Source of the DNA: an uncultured Candidatus Saccharibacteria bacterium
Lineage (GTDB): Bacteria; Patescibacteriota; Saccharimonadia; Saccharimonadales; UBA4665
DNA: 64,000 nt
Assembly (NCBI GenBank): GCA_964552555.1
Contig: CAZKGK010000001.1
Coordinates: 78,851-142,850 of the forward strand
Direction of reading: 5' to 3'
The notes below the pieces were generated by a model. That model was not told the origin of the DNA. It saw only the letters and a program-made list of their open reading frames with translations, and ran no database searches. This document shows positions 47,784 through 56,931 of the stretch, piece by piece (within the stretch, counting starts at the first letter, position 1; every line of letters begins with the position of its first letter). The position numbers and the translations under genes were made by a program.

Positions 47784-48062
47784 CTAGAACTGCCCTATAG
47801 CCATATTACCGGTAGCGTGAGCGACGGTCATAGGAGCAACCACGCCGCGTTCAGCACCGACAGGAACTGATGCTACTTCCCACTGGATAGGTGGACGTTC
47901 TGCGCGCGCTCGAGCGACTGCAGCCATCCCGGCGGCATATTCACCAACACTAACTCCGAGAGCCTCAGCCTTTCTCGTCACTACTTCCGCAGCCGTTGGC
48001 CCTGTAAGCCCAACTTGTTCATTAGGAACCCCGAAGCCATACCGCTCTTGAAATCCGCTCAT
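47784..48062 (-). CDS. Hypothetical protein (92 aa)
   Basis: AAGGAG 5 nt upstream of the ATG; natural composition. Confidence 0.65.
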   Translation of the reverse strand: MSGFQERYGFGVPNEQVGLTGPTAAEVVTRKAEALGVSVGEYAAGMAAVARARAERPPIQWEVASVPVGAERGVVAPMTVAHATGNMAIGQF

Positions 48063-48099
48063 AATTCTCCTTTACTTTATATAGGCAAAAACCCAAAAT

Positions 48100-48130
48100 A
48101 AAAAAACCACCACCGTTTTGCTGGTAGCGG
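48100..48130 (-). terminator. Terminator-like hairpin upstream of 47784..48062
   Basis: Minus strand CCGCTACC-AGCAAAAC-GGTGGTGG-TTTTTTT (8 bp, two G-U pairs). Confidence 0.6.
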
Positions 48131-48257
48131 CCGTTCAATTCAGCGTCTTGCCAATTTAATTAACTTTACCTATACGTTTTACCCCTTGACCCATAACATG
48201 TCAAGCTGGTTACGACTCACGAGAACAGAGAGAAACTTCGAGAGTCAGTATAAAAAG

Positions 48258-48286
48258 TTGCGTTTTAACCAACACTTGCGTACTAT
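48258..48286 (+). promoter_or_regulatory. Probable topA promoter TTGCGT-17-TACTAT
   Basis: -35 at 48258-48263 and -10 at 48281-48286. Confidence 0.6.
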
Positions 48287-48317
48287 GAGCGCTTACGTAT
48301 AAGATACACGAATAAAC

Positions 48318-50603
48318 ATGAGTAAAAACCTAGTAATCGTTGAGAGTCCGGCGAAAGCCAAGACCATTGAAAAATACTTAGGCAAAGACTACACCGTAAA
48401 AAGTAGTTTTGGCCATATTCGTGATTTGCCAAAGAAAGGTCTCAATATAGATATTGAGCACGACTTTGCACCAACCTATGAAGTGAACCCAGATAAGAAA
48501 AAAGTTGTTGCGGAGCTGCGTGCCGCAGCCAAGGGCGCCGACATCTGGCTCGCAAGCGATGAAGACCGTGAAGGGGAGGCGATTGCCTGGCATTTGGCGC
48601 AGGCGCTCAAATTAGATCTTTCTAAAACGAAGCGCATTGTCTTCCATGAAATTACGAAGACAGCTATTGAAGAGGCTATTAAGCATCCAAGAATCGTGGA
48701 CTTGAAGCTCGTTGACGCCCAGCAGGCGAGAAGGGTACTCGACCGTCTCGTTGGTTACGAACTATCGCCAGTGCTCTGGAAAAAGGTTCGCACTGGCTTA
48801 AGCGCCGGACGCGTTCAATCCGTTGCGGTGCGCATTATCGTGGAGCGGGAGCGGGAAATCCGCGAGCACCAAGCCAAGAGTAGCTACAAGATAGTCGCCA
48901 TTTTTACCGTTGACGGGGAAGAGCTAAAGGCCGAACTCGCCGACAAGCTGAGTACTATTGATAACGCTCGAACCTTTCTTCGAGATGCCATTGGCGCCAC
49001 CTTCACCATTACGAATATTGAACAAAAGCCCGGCAGTCGAAACCCAAGCGCACCATTTACCACCAGCACCTTGCAGCAGGAAGCAGCTCGCCGCCTTGGC
49101 TTTAGCGTGAAACAAACCATGACCTTAGCTCAACGCTTATACGAAGAAGGTAACATCACCTACATGCGTACTGACAGCACCATCATGAGCAGTCTAGCTC
49201 TTGGTACGGCTGAGGAGTACATAAAAAAAACCTTTGGGGATGACTACCATGTCCGTCGACAATACAAAACAAAGAACGCGAGCGCTCAAGAGGCGCACGA
49301 AGCAATTCGTCCTACTGAATTTAAACGACTAGAGGCTGGCACTGAAACGGGGCAGCAAAAGCTCTATCAGCTCATCTGGCAACGCGCATTAGCCAGTCAA
49401 ATGGCATCAGCTAAAACCGAACGTACAGAAGTAACTATTACCGTCTCAACTCGTCCCGAAAAGCTTATATCGAAGGGCGAGATCCTCCAATTTGATGGGT
49501 TCTTAAAAGTCTACGGCGGCGGCAAGGACGACACACTGCTACCACCAGTCAAACAAGGCCAAGAATTACCGCTCGCTTCTATGACGGCTACTGAAACCTT
49601 CAGTCGTGCAGCAGCACGATACAGCGAGGCAGCGCTCGTCAAGAAGCTTGAAGAGCTTGGCATTGGTCGTCCGAGCACCTATGCGCCGACTATTAGTACC
49701 ATTCAGACCCGCGAATATGTCGAGAAAAAAGATTTGGAAGGTACCGAGCGTAAAGTACAGACATTAACTCTCCTCAATGGTGCTATCGCCGAAGAGACTA
49801 CTACCGAGATTACTGGCGCTGATCGTGCAAAACTGGTGCCAACAGCAGTCGCTGAGGTGACTACTGATTTCCTGGTAAAATACTTCCCAAGTATCGTCGA
49901 CTATGATTTTACCGCAACCGTAGAAAAAGGCTTTGACCTCGTAGAAGAAGGTGAAGAAACCTGGCAAAAAATGATTGCCACCTTCTATAAAGATTTTCAT
50001 CCACTTATCATAAAATCCGCTGAAGCCTCTCGTGAAGAAGTATCTCAGGCCCGAGAGCTTGGCACCGACCCAAAGACCGGTAAGCCTATTCTTGCTCGAT
50101 TTGGCCGATATGGCCCAATGCTGCAGCGCGGCGAGACGGAAAGTGAAGAGAAGCCAGCCTTTGCGCCCCTACCAGAGGGTGCCACCCTCGAAGAGGTCAC
50201 CCTTGAACAGGCGCTTAAGATGTTTGAGCTACCGCGTACTGTAGGGACCACGCCTGGCGGCGAGACAATTACGGCTAATATTGGTCGGTTTGGCCCTTAT
50301 ATCCAAGTAGGGAAGATCTTTGTAAGCATTAAGCCCCAAAGCCCCTTCGATATTACCGAAGCACAAGCCCGAGAGGCATACGCCGAAAAAGAAGCAAAAG
50401 AAGCAAACAAATATATCCAGAAGTTCGATAGTGGCATCCAAGTAGTGAATGGCATGTACGGGCCCTACATAACCGATGGCAAGAAGAACGCCAAAATTCC
50501 CAAGGACGTCGAACCCGAGAAACTCACCGAAGCCGAATGCAAGAAGTTACTTGATGAAGCGCCAGCCAAGAAGCGACGCTTTACTCGCCGTAAGACAAAA
50601 TAG
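48318..50603 (+). CDS. topA: DNA topoisomerase I (type IA) with C-terminal Toprim_C-type repeats, no Zn fingers
   Basis: LVIVESPAKAKTI, SSFGHIRDL, ASDEDREGEAI, catalytic ITYMRTD, GIGRPSTY, and C-terminal GRFGPY/GRYGPM repeats. Confidence 0.98.
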   Translation: MSKNLVIVESPAKAKTIEKYLGKDYTVKSSFGHIRDLPKKGLNIDIEHDFAPTYEVNPDKKKVVAELRAAAKGADIWLASDEDREGEAIAWHLAQALKLDLSKTKRIVFHEITKTAIEEAIKHPRIVDLKLVDAQQARRVLDRLVGYELSPVLWKKVRTGLSAGRVQSVAVRIIVEREREIREHQAKSSYKIVAIFTVDGEELKAELADKLSTIDNARTFLRDAIGATFTITNIEQKPGSRNPSAPFTTSTLQQEAARRLGFSVKQTMTLAQRLYEEGNITYMRTDSTIMSSLALGTAEEYIKKTFGDDYHVRRQYKTKNASAQEAHEAIRPTEFKRLEAGTETGQQKLYQLIWQRALASQMASAKTERTEVTITVSTRPEKLISKGEILQFDGFLKVYGGGKDDTLLPPVKQGQELPLASMTATETFSRAAARYSEAALVKKLEELGIGRPSTYAPTISTIQTREYVEKKDLEGTERKVQTLTLLNGAIAEETTTEITGADRAKLVPTAVAEVTTDFLVKYFPSIVDYDFTATVEKGFDLVEEGEETWQKMIATFYKDFHPLIIKSAEASREEVSQARELGTDPKTGKPILARFGRYGPMLQRGETESEEKPAFAPLPEGATLEEVTLEQALKMFELPRTVGTTPGGETITANIGRFGPYIQVGKIFVSIKPQSPFDITEAQAREAYAEKEAKEANKYIQKFDSGIQVVNGMYGPYITDGKKNAKIPKDVEPEKLTEAECKKLLDEAPAKKRRFTRRKTK

Positions 50604-50606
50604 CCC

Positions 50607-51215
50607 ATGAAGAGAGCTTCGAAGGCCGAGCTCAATAGACGTGTTGACATAGGCATTGCAATATTCTCAGGCGTAGCAGCCATCGCTATAGGGCCTATCA
50701 CTCTAGAATGTATTCTTCACCCAAAGCAAGTTATGCGGACAGAAAAGGTTATAACTGCAGAACAAAACATCGAAAAACTGCGCAAACGTGCGGCGAGTTA
50801 CCCTGAGCCTCAGACTGCAGATACGCTCGCCTTTGAGGAACTCAAAATCGCTAAACTTAAAGGAGAGGGTTATAAACCCCCTGAGATAGAAAATTTCTTA
50901 GAAAGAGGTCTCATCTTTGGGGTAGTAACTGAAGGACTAATAGTCATACGAAAACGCAGAAGAGGCAATGCCATAGATCCTCACCCCATAACGTCTCCTG
51001 CATCAGATACAGGGTCTCTTACGGATGTTAAATCCGTCGGGCAAGCGCCTGCCATTACTATATCGCTCCGAACCTCGCATCTTCTTACGGGAGTAGAGCC
51101 CTTAGCATTTCCTAGGAGTCTACAGCCCCATACTCCACCCTCAACGACCGTGGCCATAGCCGGTGCGGCAACTCAGCATACCACCATAGCCCACAGTCCT
51201 GTGACGCCAGAGTAG
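50607..51215 (+). CDS. Hypothetical membrane protein
   Basis: Starts 3 nt after topA; two hydrophobic segments. Confidence 0.5.
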   Translation: MKRASKAELNRRVDIGIAIFSGVAAIAIGPITLECILHPKQVMRTEKVITAEQNIEKLRKRAASYPEPQTADTLAFEELKIAKLKGEGYKPPEIENFLERGLIFGVVTEGLIVIRKRRRGNAIDPHPITSPASDTGSLTDVKSVGQAPAITISLRTSHLLTGVEPLAFPRSLQPHTPPSTTVAIAGAATQHTTIAHSPVTPE

Positions 51216-51316
51216 TTGTATGCAAGAACAACTTATTTTCTAGTGATATTTCTACAACACATTACAAACCATCATGTCCATTTCGTGATACAATAAGTTT
51301 GATTGAAAAAGAGGGC

Positions 51317-51345
51317 TTGACTTTTACCCCCATTAGTTTTATAGT
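51317..51345 (+). promoter_or_regulatory. Sigma70-type promoter TTGACT-17-TATAGT
   Basis: -35 at 51317-51322 and -10 at 51340-51345. Confidence 0.7.
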
Positions 51346-51385
51346 TAACCTCAGTGAACTATTCTAAGAAGTAGGAAAACAAGAT

Positions 51386-52435
51386 ATGACAGAAGCTGGA
51401 ACAGGGCAAACACCCATACTCAACACTGAAACATTCGTCCAAGATATCTTGAGCAATATTGAGCGTGAGCGTGAGCGTGAAATCGTTGCACGACGCTTTG
51501 GGCTCTTTGATCGCCGCGAAACTCTAGAACAGATCGGTGAGCTATTAGGCATCACCCGCGAGCGCGTACGCCAGTTAGAAAAATCAGTTATTGCACGTTT
51601 TAAAACCATGGCAGAGCAGGGTCAACTTCCGCATGTCAAGGAAGTTGAAACCAGCTTGACACGACAACTACAGCAAATGGGTGATGCTGCACGCATCAGT
51701 AATTTGACTGCCGTAGTGACTGCCGAGAACTCCAAAACCGACCAGTCTCGTATCGTGTTCCTTGCAACCTTGTGCCCGCACTTGAGTGTTATTGATGAAG
51801 ATGATCACTTTTACCAAGCAGTCGGCATCACAAGCACTCGTGACGTCGCCGGCATGAAAGCCGACATTGCTAAGCTAACCGAAGCTATTAAAAAGGCTGG
51901 GGAGCCCATAGCTATCGCCGATGCTTCCAAAGCTGCAGACCTAGAAGACGCCCGACAAGCCGCAGCGCTTGCTAGCATCTCTAAGAGCCTTGCGACATTA
52001 AACGGTCGCTGGGGCCTTGTTAAATGGCCAATGGTCAACCCTAAAAACATCCGCGACAAGATCTATGTCATCCTCAAAGAAAATGGCCACCACATGCACT
52101 TCAATGAAATTGCCGGTGCCATTAAGGACAGTGACTTTAAGCGCAAGGATGTTACCACACAGGCAATCCACAATGAACTCATCAAGGACAAACGCTTCGT
52201 ACTTATTGGCCGTGGTATCTACGCCCTAAAAGAGTGGGGTTACAGTAAAGGTACTGTTGCCGATATCATTTCAAAGGTGCTCAAAGAAGCAGGGGAGCCC
52301 CTACACCGAGACGAGATTGTTAAGCGCGTGCTAAAAAGTCGCTTCGTAAAAGAAACAACTATCCTCCTGAATCTTCAGGGGAAGACACAGTTCAAACGCG
52401 TCGCCAAAGCTACCTACGAGCTCGACGAAGCTTAA
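51386..52435 (+). CDS. Sigma70 region-4 domain protein with C-terminal winged HTH (RpoE-delta/HARE-HTH-like)
   Basis: REREIVARRFGL...TLEQIGELLGITRERVRQLE; C-terminal MHFNEIA...QAIHNELIKDKRFVLIGRGIYALKEWG. Confidence 0.85.
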   Translation: MTEAGTGQTPILNTETFVQDILSNIEREREREIVARRFGLFDRRETLEQIGELLGITRERVRQLEKSVIARFKTMAEQGQLPHVKEVETSLTRQLQQMGDAARISNLTAVVTAENSKTDQSRIVFLATLCPHLSVIDEDDHFYQAVGITSTRDVAGMKADIAKLTEAIKKAGEPIAIADASKAADLEDARQAAALASISKSLATLNGRWGLVKWPMVNPKNIRDKIYVILKENGHHMHFNEIAGAIKDSDFKRKDVTTQAIHNELIKDKRFVLIGRGIYALKEWGYSKGTVADIISKVLKEAGEPLHRDEIVKRVLKSRFVKETTILLNLQGKTQFKRVAKATYELDEA

Positions 52436-52479
52436 GATAGGGCACGAGACACTACCGTCCCCGCTGAGAAATAGATCAA

Positions 52480-52514
52480 AAATAGCCCCAGTCCAATCGA
52501 CTGGGGCTATTTGT
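52480..52514 (+). terminator. Intrinsic terminator
   Basis: Perfect 14-bp inverted repeat AAATAGCCCCAGTC / GACTGGGGCTATTT. Confidence 0.85.
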
Positions 52515-52578
52515 CTCTCAAACCATGCAAACGCGAATGACAGCACTTGAGAAGCTATAATCATGCTATTATACCGAT

Positions 52579-53205
52579 ATGTCTATGCTGCTCCGTGCTG
52601 AGCTTGCTACGCACGCGTCTAATCTAGATTTGGTCGCCCACGCTGCTGCGACGACTCTCGGCCTAGAGCCCAATAATTTTGCGTGGATTGAAGGTCAATA
52701 TCGTGAGCCGAAGAATAAATTAGTAACAGATCCTGCCATTCCTCAGGAAACTCACTATTTCCTGAGTAGTGCCGCCTATTATGGAAACCACGATACTGAA
52801 CGTAGTTCTGGTGACATTTTAGCCCACATCATGGAGCCGACACCTAGTGGCGTAATCAATTTGCGCGGCGACACGCCGCAAGTGCCATACATCGGCCGGA
52901 CACTTATTGCGAGCGAAGGAGTCGTCACCGTCAAAACGCTCCCACCACCTCATCGAGAAAAGCGACCACCCCAAGCCTCCTCCATACAGGCAATCGAATA
53001 CAACAGGCGCACAAGCGAGGTAGCCGTGTGGACAGAAGAATCGATGAACACCTGTGCCTCGCCCGAGCAAAACCTATCTGAATTACCGGCTGAATTGCAG
53101 GCGAGATATCTGGCCGCAGCGGTATATACGGTGAAGGCGACAGCCGCTATGTTTGAGTGGATTGTCAGAGGCGATGCACGGCAATTTGCATGGCATGTCT
53201 ACTGA
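52579..53205 (+). CDS. Hypothetical protein (208 aa)
   Basis: Extended -10 TGcTATTAT 6 nt before the ATG; no family recognised. Confidence 0.65.
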   Translation: MSMLLRAELATHASNLDLVAHAAATTLGLEPNNFAWIEGQYREPKNKLVTDPAIPQETHYFLSSAAYYGNHDTERSSGDILAHIMEPTPSGVINLRGDTPQVPYIGRTLIASEGVVTVKTLPPPHREKRPPQASSIQAIEYNRRTSEVAVWTEESMNTCASPEQNLSELPAELQARYLAAAVYTVKATAAMFEWIVRGDARQFAWHVY

Positions 53206-53911
53206 GCCGCTAGGTGAGCCCTATATGCTTCAGCAACGGGTTTCAGTAGCGCCTCGGGGTTAGTTAGTAGCGTATCATGATCACCTAGCCTCAAAGAGAA
53301 TGAGTCTGGGTCTACAGACGCATCGGGGAAAAACACGTCAGTCTTACCCAGAGTCATTCCGACCCATACACCCACTTCACGCAATCGCTGGGCTGCAATA
53401 ACAGTTTCAGTCTGAGCTACTTTTTCTAAATGGCTTAGATAATCAGGGCCATGCCTAACAAATTCCGAGGCAGTGTCCCTCGCAACATCCCAGTGAGTGC
53501 CCCTATCGGGGCCCGTAATACTGCGTCCGAGATGTCGAACTTCTCTTGAATTCCGCCAACACCCAACTTAGCTTCTCGCCAAAAAAGGGAACCAGTTTGA
53601 CCACCGGGTCCGCTTGCACTCACTACTACATCAGGGCGATAATCTCTTCCTGTAGACTGCCTCACTTCGGCAATATCTGCTATGGTAGGCGGGATGATAT
53701 TATTGGCTGAATGCGACACCAAGGTACCATTCTGCGCCGCTTCAGCAACTCTATCAGGATGTTCAGTCGCTTCACGAAAATCAAAAATAATCTTTTCGCC
53801 TTCGCCAAGTCCCAATTCCTGAACAACATCTGCAACATGTTCTAGAAGACTTGGGTCAGTCTCAAAGCCTTTTGAAGTAAAAAAGCCACCGCCAATAACT
53901 GTATTGCCCAT
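53199..53911 (-). pseudogene. Hypothetical protein apparently split by a single-base frameshift near 53500
   Basis: The 5' part starts at ATG 53911 (MGNTVIGGGFF). The -1 frame is open from about 53565 to 53199 and reads THWDVARDTASEFVRHGPDYLSHLEKVAQ...; a G4 run at 53500-53503 sits at the junction. Confidence 0.45.
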
Positions 53912-54560
53912 ATCAACAGATATGGTAGCACAACAATTGCTAGATATATAGTTTACCCCTGTTGAACAGGGGTAGGGGGTGAGATGTGAAGATTTATCAC
54001 ACAAAATCAGGTATTAATCCAGACTTAGTTTTTACGATGAACACCAAATAAAGCCATAAAATGTAGATAAATACAAAATACGAACAGAGTAGTGAACGTC
54101 TCAGGGTAAAAGCCATCGTGGCAAGGAAAGTTTAAATATTGCGTAATAGTCAAAGAAGTATGAGGCAAATGATAGTGGGCACATAAGGCAGAGCAATGCA
54201 CAAAATAAAGATGAGCCGGGTGGTAACAAAGGCGAGAGTAAGGAGGAGTTAGGACCGGTCAACGGCCAAGCAAAAGGCATTGACCATACGTCGCACAATG
54301 TATATTTTACGACTCACTATATAGAATTACAGTTGTAAACGAATACCCCTACAATAGGGGAATATTACTGGGGCGTGGCCTGTTTTGACCACACAGTCTC
54401 GAACTATGCATTCCAAATCCTTTTATATAATACTGACATACGTACTGTGCAAGCTGTATCCCCCCTGGGCGTATCCCACTTTAAAAGCCTCCTAGCGTGT
54501 CGTGCATTTTCTGCACGCTATGGTGCTATTATCATTTGTTGTAATTATCTTGGATTTGAC

Positions 54561-54569
54561 TTATCCACA
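54561..54569 (+). promoter_or_regulatory. Perfect DnaA box TTATCCACA
   Basis: Exact consensus match in the AT-rich gap downstream of the dcw operon. Confidence 0.45.
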
Positions 54570-54755
54570 GTTACGTCGTGAAATTATTGCTTTTTGTCCT
54601 ATTTCATTTCGTATATACCTTCCCCTCTCCTACTCCTGTTTTATATAAACATTTGACAAACAACTATTTTGATATGTTTATATATATTTCACAGAAGAAC
54701 AACATAAAAACAGACAACTGAACAAAAGACGAACTGTAAGGGCAGCGGGGTTCCG

Positions 54756-55712
54756 CTATTTGTAGTAAGCTCGTCCGTCTACCCTTACGTCTACATAGGT
54801 ACTCGGAACTGTACGTTTAGCATCTAGCTGCCGCTTTACTGCCAAAAATGTACCAGCCTCTGCCCTTCCGTCCCCACGTATGTTATATCTCCCGTAATAC
54901 CCCACTCCGCTGAGCCGCACATCAAGTTCGCTAGTTCCTTTGGGCAAGGTCAAACTTGCCACAGAGAGGTGTGCGCCCTGCATCTGACCTGCTACCTGGC
55001 TAATAAACGCGACTGTACTACTTGGCAGCACTATATGCCCCGGGACTACAGAGAGTCCACTTTGATCAGTAACCACGGGAAGGCTCAACTTGCTTACCTC
55101 AGGCGCCTGTGCGGGCGTCAGTAGCGCCCGTCCAGTTGTGTCGAGCACATAGGACTGACCGCTATTGGAGCTCAAGATAAGCATGGGTGTTGGCGCTTGA
55201 ATATGTACCACGGGGTGTTGACCAAAGACCGGAAGTGTCACCGTAACATGAGCCAATTCTGGAAACTGACTCTGTAGCTTTTGGGCTATAGTATTTACAT
55301 TAATAGTTATTTTTGTCCGGTTCAGTAGCGAGTCATCAAGTAAATCTGCGGCGGCCTGTTGGTAGGAGCCTTCGCTACGCAAAAAAAGTGTACTATGACT
55401 ATCTCCGATAGACACAATACGCGGCTGCGTACTAAGGAGCACACTATTAAGCAACAACAGGATCAACAAGCCCACGCCAATAATGGTGGGGGCACGCTTC
55501 AGCCAGTTAATTTTTGTCTGCCGACGTTCGGCGGCTGGACCCTTTTCGGCCTCTTTCTGTTGTGCCTTTAAGTCACGACCCGTATTTCCGGTGCCGACTC
55601 GTGCCGTACGATTGTTGGCGTGATATGAAAATACTGCGGAATTACGCCGCTCAGGTAGGACTTGGGGTCGTTGACGACCTTGGATAGGTGGTTGCTTCTT
55701 CTTGCCAAACAT
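54756..55712 (-). CDS. FtsQ/DivIB-like cell division protein
   Basis: Basic N-terminus, one TM, a POTRA-like region and C-terminal YVDVRVDGRAYYK; position after murG. Confidence 0.7.
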   Translation of the reverse strand: MFGKKKQPPIQGRQRPQVLPERRNSAVFSYHANNRTARVGTGNTGRDLKAQQKEAEKGPAAERRQTKINWLKRAPTIIGVGLLILLLLNSVLLSTQPRIVSIGDSHSTLFLRSEGSYQQAAADLLDDSLLNRTKITINVNTIAQKLQSQFPELAHVTVTLPVFGQHPVVHIQAPTPMLILSSNSGQSYVLDTTGRALLTPAQAPEVSKLSLPVVTDQSGLSVVPGHIVLPSSTVAFISQVAGQMQGAHLSVASLTLPKGTSELDVRLSGVGYYGRYNIRGDGRAEAGTFLAVKRQLDAKRTVPSTYVDVRVDGRAYYK

Positions 55713-55749
55713 ACTTTTTTTATTTTTCAGTGTATTTTCGACTGCCGAT

Positions 55750-56931
55750 TTATGTGAGAGCAGGTTTGCCTTCTACTACTTCTAATAATAACATTGCGAG
55801 GAGATGAGCGGCATTGGGTTGCGCTAACTTGGCTAACTTCCTACCAAGCAGTTGACGCTTCTCGGGGTGATCGAATAGCTCCGTCAATGGCGGCATTAGT
55901 GCGTGCAAATCTTCTTGCAGTGTTGCTTCGTTCACTAAACGGACTGCCTTACGATCGGATAATACTTGCGCATTCTTAAGCTGATGACCACCGCTCAAGT
56001 GTGGTGCCGGGATGACTATGCACGCCTTGGCCTGGGCGGCAAATTCAGCAATACTATTACCTCCAGCACGCGAGACGATTATGTCGGCAGCGCCGCTATA
56101 TTGATACATATTCGTAACAAAACCTTTTATAAGAATGCGTTGCCGTTCTTTGGGTGGCAATTCTTGATGATACTGGCGCCGGACTACTGCTTCTTCCAGA
56201 CGACCAGCAATATGCACGATCCACAAATCAGGATATCGAGCCAGTAACTCAGGTACAGAAGCAACTGTTGCCATATTAATACGCTGCGCGCCTAAGCCGC
56301 CACCAGTAACTAATAGCACTTTATCGGCAGCGCCTAGTTGCAGCTGCTCACGAATAGTTTTAATCTCTGTTGTTGTTAGTGGATGGAACTTGTCCGAAAT
56401 CGGTACACCTACAGTGATTGTCTTATTTGGAGGATAGCTGTAGAGCTCTTTAGGCAGCGCAACGGCGTGTAGACGTGCCCACGGTGCGATAAGACGGTTC
56501 GCGAGGCTGGGGATAGCATCCGAATCATGCGTGATATACGGTATGCCACGCAATTTCGCCGCAAGACATACGGGTACACTCACAAAACTACCCCGAGTAA
56601 AAATAATATCTGGCCGTAACCTTCCTAGCAACCAAAAACTCTGCCAAATACCAACAACTACGAATATGACATCTCGTAGATTTTTATACAACGTTGCCGC
56701 ATCAAAGATTTGCTTCCACCCTTCTCCATGATAACGACGAAACTTCCCTGCCCGCACACTATAACTACGATCGATATTCTTGTCTTGCTCAGGAATGTCA
56801 CCCAAAGAGTCGCCAGTCTGGCCAATATACTCAATGATCACCTCTGGTCTGAGCTTTTTTAGCTCATGCGCGACTGCTAGCACCGGGGTGATATGCCCCC
56901 CGGACCCGCCGCCGGTCACCACTATTTTCAT
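55750..56931 (-). CDS. murG: UDP-GlcNAc:lipid I N-acetylglucosaminyltransferase MurG
   Basis: MKIVVTGGGSGGHITP, GKFRRYH, SLANR, TGGGLGAQRIN, SRAGG and HQLKNA. Confidence 0.96.
   Translation of the reverse strand: MKIVVTGGGSGGHITPVLAVAHELKKLRPEVIIEYIGQTGDSLGDIPEQDKNIDRSYSVRAGKFRRYHGEGWKQIFDAATLYKNLRDVIFVVVGIWQSFWLLGRLRPDIIFTRGSFVSVPVCLAAKLRGIPYITHDSDAIPSLANRLIAPWARLHAVALPKELYSYPPNKTITVGVPISDKFHPLTTTEIKTIREQLQLGAADKVLLVTGGGLGAQRINMATVASVPELLARYPDLWIVHIAGRLEEAVVRRQYHQELPPKERQRILIKGFVTNMYQYSGAADIIVSRAGGNSIAEFAAQAKACIVIPAPHLSGGHQLKNAQVLSDRKAVRLVNEATLQEDLHALMPPLTELFDHPEKRQLLGRKLAKLAQPNAAHLLAMLLLEVVEGKPALT

Noticed and set aside
54101-54298. 65-aa minus-strand ORF
   Set aside because: Low-complexity Leu/Ser/Pro composition with no promoter or start context.
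54288-54315. dif-like site ACGTCGCACAA-TGTATA-TTTTACGACTC near the switch from mostly plus to mostly minus genes
   Set aside because: The central hexamer matches E. coli dif, but the right arm lacks the conserved XerD TTATGT(T/C)AA. Spot counts show the plus strand C-rich on both sides, so there is no evident skew switch.
54305-54322. 15/18 match to the T7 promoter (TTTTACGACTCACTATAT vs TAATACGACTCACTATAG)
   Set aside because: There are no T7-like phage genes, vector sequence or GGG start, and only one copy. A shorter TTACGACTCAC also occurs at 48210. Treated as coincidence.
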